From Seison nebaliae (Eukaryota): a stretch of DNA of 64,000 nt. This document shows positions 58,706-64,000 of the stretch, piece by piece. The stretch covers positions 62,001-126,000 of the forward strand of contig JALJEE010000763.1 in the NCBI GenBank assembly GCA_023231475.1, in the 5' to 3' direction. The first letter of the stretch is position 1, and every line of letters starts with the position of its first letter. Both the position numbers and the translations under genes were made by a program. The notes beneath the pieces were generated by a model, which saw nothing but the letters and a program-made list of their open reading frames with translations, did not search any database and was not told the origin of the DNA.

Positions 58706-61700
58706 TCTCTGGAAGGATGACGAGTTTTATGATAATTTTTCCATGAAATTTTCTAATGAAAAAGAATGAAGAGATGAAATAATATTTTCGAGAATATATT
58801 AAATGGTTCTTGGAATGATATGTGCAGTGGAAAAGAAATAACGAATAGACAAAAAAAATCCCTTAAATTTTTGTGCTTCCACCTCCTTCTCTATAGAACA
58901 TAACAATGACATAAGGAGATTACAGATAAAAATTGAAGTTCTGATGTTAATTATATTTCTGTGTGAGAGATTGTATGAGTATAAATTGCATGGAACTTAT
59001 TTGAATTGAAATTTTCTTAAAATAAGAAATTCCATGAGAAAAAGCGTGCTTGATAAGCAGAAAGCGAATGCTTCGATTAAGAAGGAGAATAAACGAAAAA
59101 GAGAATTTTAATAAAACTTTATCATTTTACAATTGAAATATAATATGATAATTTTTATTTCTTCCCATATTTTTCTACTCTTATGTAATCTAATTATATG
59201 TCGCCTATTATTCTCACCAATATCGTTATTCTGATAATTATTATTTAGCATGAAGATTATGCCCATCGGAAAAAGACATCGGAAAGTAGAGCAAACTCGA
59301 CTCTACTTTAATGGAATGACGAGGCTATCTGGAAAAACTTTTTTTTTGAGAAACTTGGGAAATCCATTAATGAATAGGAATGGAGATATAAATATATAAT
59401 TTTTTTATATTTTCAGACATGAACAGTGAAATATTGTCAAACATAGAAAATGGTTATTCCTATAATTTTTTCTCTTGTCCTCCTTCCAAATGGGACGATT
59501 CCGAACGAATAAATGGAAACAATTAGAAGTGAATGTTCCGTCGTACTATATTCATTTCGGAATGAGAAGAATATGGACACAAAGTTATGCAGTTAACTTT
59601 ATTAGGTGAATGACAACGACATATCGAACTTGGAATATACTATCGCCATCTGGAATTAGTTCGTAATTACATTAGCAAAGGATTTCGCTTCATTTCCACA
59701 ATCTATCCGCTTTTTTTCACATTTAACTTCCTATTAGCTGATTGCGAATCTTCCATTAGTCGAAATTCAACGGAAGATAGTGCACATTTAGCGAAAGGGA
59801 ATTTACTTACACTTGAAAGATTAGTTAGAGATGCCACCATTGAATGGTAACCATTCCAATTTCTTTCAGTTGGTTCTTCGATGAAATGGTCAACTGGAAA
59901 ATTCAAGAAAGTTACTTGATTGGAATTTAGGAGAATATAGAAGTTGGTTGAAATTAAAAAGATAAAAAAGTATTTGGACGAATATGCGATAGAACGATTT
60001 GAATTTTCATTATATTAATTTTCTTAGGATTTATCTTTTTCCTCAAAATTATTGACTTCTCGCAGCATTCCATATTTGGATTCGAAAACATATTTTAACA
60101 ACCGAAAATTGAGAAAAGAGATTGATGGATAAATGAATATTATTGACTAACGATTCAGATATATTGGGAGAAAATGGAAGACTGACATATTTCTTATAAG
60201 GCGGAGATACCACTTTTGGCGTTTGCATTCATCTTGCAATCTTTGTGGAATAATGACGATCTAAATGGTAACATGAAAAGAAACATAAAAAATTCATTGT
60301 ACTGTGTCGATTGAATAATGGAAAGAAGTTGGGAGAAATGAATACATAAGTTTAATTTTGAGTACCTACTCACGAATCCCCAGAATGTCTGTTGGACGTA
60401 TTGTACAATAATATTCTTTTCAAAGTGGAATAAGATGAAAAGGACAGTCGCATTTTGTATTGCAAAGGAAGGGGATGTAATTCCTAATTCTTATTTCGTT
60501 TTCGACAGAAATCATTATTTTGGTTTCACTTATTAACAAAAACTGACATTTATTAAAAATTATAATCTTATTGAAATGAGAACGAGAACAGTATTGTCGT
60601 GTTTGAGAGAAAGGCAACAACCATCAAAATATTCTCTTATCAATTATCTTCTCAATAAGATTCTTCAGTCAACATGATATTAAATATTAACTTTAATTCC
60701 ATTGACTCAAATAGTTTACTTCTTTCCGGAATTTTTATAACCTCTGTTTACTGCAAATACTGATTAATTCAATAAGTTTTTGAACGAAAGGACATCTAAA
60801 AATATACGTAAGAAAGAAAGAAATGACATTTTATAAAGAAAAGAATAAAACTTATCATTATTTCATCATACAGATATCTAGATAGCATGGTCCGACATAA
60901 GTTTAGTCATTCTCCTCACAATTTCCCATAAGAGCTCCCAACTTCCATAATTAAAACATAAGGAACATTCAATATTATTCATTTTGTTCATGTTCATCAA
61001 AATTTTATTTCTTAACCATTCTAAATTCGAATGCTTCGAATATCATATCCCTTCCCCTTCCCATTCCCTGCCTACTGTATTCTAAAATAAATTTCAAATG
61101 CTAAAATATGTCATAATAATTTCGGTCAAGTAACATAAATGGAAGGAATTTAGTATCCTTTCTTCTTCTTTATCATCTTACCCCCTACACATCATAATTG
61201 ATAATGGTGAACTTATGTCAATGTGTTCATTTTGCCGCTTAGCGTTTTCACAGATACTCCCAATAATTTCAAAAAATATCAAAAGTTGCCCCTCGTTACG
61301 AATATTAGTAACAACTAATTATTAAATTTCAGGTTTTTTATCAAACGTTATAATGAAAATTAAACGAACTTTTAACTAAAGTGAGATTAACTGATGTTAA
61401 TAAAAATAAGCATTTCTGTGTATCGGTGCCAACACTCGTTATAAGTAAGAGAGATCAGTATAACGATGACTATAATAAAAATCAATATGATAAATACAAT
61501 CATCGATATCAGGTTAAATTCATGAGAATTTTCTTAAATTATTGAAAATTTTTTTATTCTTCAAATGAATATTTAAGTATGGATGATTCATAAAGAAATA
61601 ATATGATCGAATTGGTTTAATTCCGATATCTAATGATCATTGGATTAGAATAGTTCTCCCAATTAATTTCTAGTAATCAACTGAAATCACTTAACGGTAA

Positions 61701-64000
61701 TTAAATGCTACTACATCTGAGAGATTTTGATGAATATGAAAGAACTTCATACGATGAAGAGAATGTGAGATGAAGCATGCAATATTACGTCGTTATACAT
61801 TTTATGTCTGTCGTGTTATCACGTTACTTGTTTACTAGCACATGACAAAGACCATTATGATTATGCTCTCGGTTTGATTATATTTACAAAATTATCTATT
61901 CCGTCCATTTTTTTCATTTATTCGTATATAGAATCGGATTATAAAAAGAGAAGAGAATCATATTATCAGATTTGAGCATGAAATTATTTTTCGTGATTTA
62001 TCCTTTCAATTAATTTCATCTAAGACCATTCTGCATTAAGTCTATCTTATTTACAATGTGAATATTGCAATTCATTGAGATGCCAAGCAAGGTTTACTCT
62101 TTATGTTTTTGACAGTTTGAAAGAACGATTATATATTATATTATCATCTTTCATTGCCACCTCCAACTATAATAATCGGACGTTGGTGGCGAAATAAAAA
62201 TAAAATCATATCATAAAGATCAACAGTAAAATAAATATTAGTTAGAATACTCTCATTTATTATTCAATTCGATTCATCTAATTGTTTCTCTTCCTCTTCC
62301 TCCTCCAGTGTTCGAAATAATCATCCCATCCATTTTCATTCGACCAAATTAACAAATTTACCATGAAATTACTTCAGAATTACGTATAAAAACCTCAGCA
62401 CATATTATAAGAAACATCATAATTTATTATGAATTCCGTTCGTTTATAATAAATCATAATAAATCGAGTATCAATGATAAAAAATAATTTATTATATTGT
62501 AATTATTCACATCGATTTAAAGATAGGATAAAAATGATTCTGGAAAAGTTTGTATATTGGTAACTAAATCTTAATTATGATTTATTGCCACTATACTTTC
62601 AACATTCATTTTTCAGACAGTTTCTGTATTAAAATATGTAGTTTATAAGAGAAATATGAATATAAACATCGCTCAATATATAAAACCTTCATTTATATTG
62701 GATTGTACAACTTCAAGGTAGGATAATATTATGTGTTCAAGTTTGATGATTCGCATTAAAATCTAATTATCAAAATCCGAACAGATAATTGTTCAATCCA
62801 TCTATTCCATCTTTTCAACTTCTTCTCCTCAGTCAATATAGTATTAAATTATTGTTCTTCTATGATGATGTCAATGAAGTGAATGAATTGATGAAACGAA
62901 TTAACTTCGTTCTTTTCCAGGAAATGGATTAATTACTTTCGATTTAAGCAACGGAAAGTTAACATATTTCTTTATACTAACAAATTAGTTAATTCTTTTC
63001 ATTATGGTTAACTTCTTTCTTCTATGGACTCTAATAAAAGTTAACTCTTCTATGGAAACCAAATGAACTCTGAACTAACGTATGATTTACTATAATATCT
63101 CAACACGTTATTCAATATTAGGATTTCTGATGTTTAATATGCGCCTTACTGGTAATGACAACTCACTTCTAATACAGATTTCGAAGACAACTAATAGAAA
63201 AGGTGGAACCATGTATATTTTATTAATTTCATCCAAATGAATATTTTTGCATCCTTTCCGATCTATGTTACTAATGCACTTCAACATACCAATAATTAGC
63301 CAAATGGTTCATTAATTAATCGAACGATATACAGTTGGGGGGTTGGGTCATTCAGAGACTAGATAATTGTTAGACAGACAAAACAAAGTTAGAAGTTAGA
63401 CTGTTATTATAATTTAAAATATTACTTATGTGAGAAACTAAAAGCAGGAAAGATAAAAAAAGGTTTATTGATAAACAACGAAAAATATTATGATGAAACA
63501 ATAAACTAATATGGAGAGATAAGTAATCTAAATTCTAAAGGAAACATAAAATGTTTACGGGGAAAGTCACATTAACAGTACTATTATCACAATCTATAAT
63601 AATGTTAAAAATCTTCCCAAACACCATCATATTCTTCTACAATTGTTGTATCATTTCTATTAATGATTGCATTTGAATGACGAAAAAATAAATCACATTA
63701 TTTTCGAATTTGGGAACTTGATATTAATAAGACATTTTGTAAAGCCTAATTTTAAAAAGTACTTCTTTTTTATTCCCTAAACAACTTTAGAATTAGGCAA
63801 GCTTTATGCTGTTTAATTAAATTGTGCATGTACAGTGCATTAGGGACCAAATTTTATTTATTCCTTATTTCATACATTGATGTAGTTTTAGAACTGCCCA
63901 CGACAAACCTTTATTTTAAGCCCATATCCAAAATTTCAAAAGAAAACTTAATGAACGCTCTCAATCATTTTAAGTGTAATTTGAATAATAATTTTATTTA

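Noticed and set aside
58750..64000. 5-kb gene-free stretch with short ORFs (59703-59906, 60420-60620)
   Set aside because: No homology, repeat structure or RNA gene I can support. Probably upstream regulatory or intergenic DNA.
1..64000. Prokaryotic systems (CRISPR arrays, Fic toxin-antitoxin, IS elements), tRNA/rRNA genes, alternative genetic code
   Set aside because: The DNA is intron-containing animal sequence. The Fic gene is the TPR-containing metazoan FICD. I saw no repeat-spacer arrays or RNA genes, and conserved genes translate in the standard code once introns are removed.

Overview
This is eukaryotic, animal-type genomic DNA, not prokaryotic. It is very AT-rich and gene-dense, with most introns about 40-60 nt, consistent with a compact invertebrate genome. 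A small-genome spiralian such as a seisonid rotifer is a guess only. By splicing exons manually I recover about 21 protein-coding genes: CEP104 (5' part), ZIP9, RRS1, FICD, RasGRP, PHKA, COQ6, PCID2, a COMMD5-like gene, B9D2, IFT57, SPAG6, a small secreted EGF peptide, non-muscle myosin II, three clustered secreted EGF/sushi/PAN polyproteins, JIP3/4, a hidden 81-aa two-exon gene and a somatostatin/allatostatin-C-like GPCR. The most striking signal is the splice code. About 57 of about 68 introns placed by protein continuity start GTT rather than the usual GTA/GTG, mostly without +5G, and many end in AAG. This suggests a divergent spliceosome. Other notable points: an operon-like IFT57-B9D2-COMMD5-PCID2 run with an unpaired splice acceptor, an RFX X-box bidirectional ciliary promoter, coding overlap between COQ6 and PCID2, large alternative exons in myosin II, and a family of furin-site-rich cationic EGF proteins. 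All counts are manual and no database searches were run.
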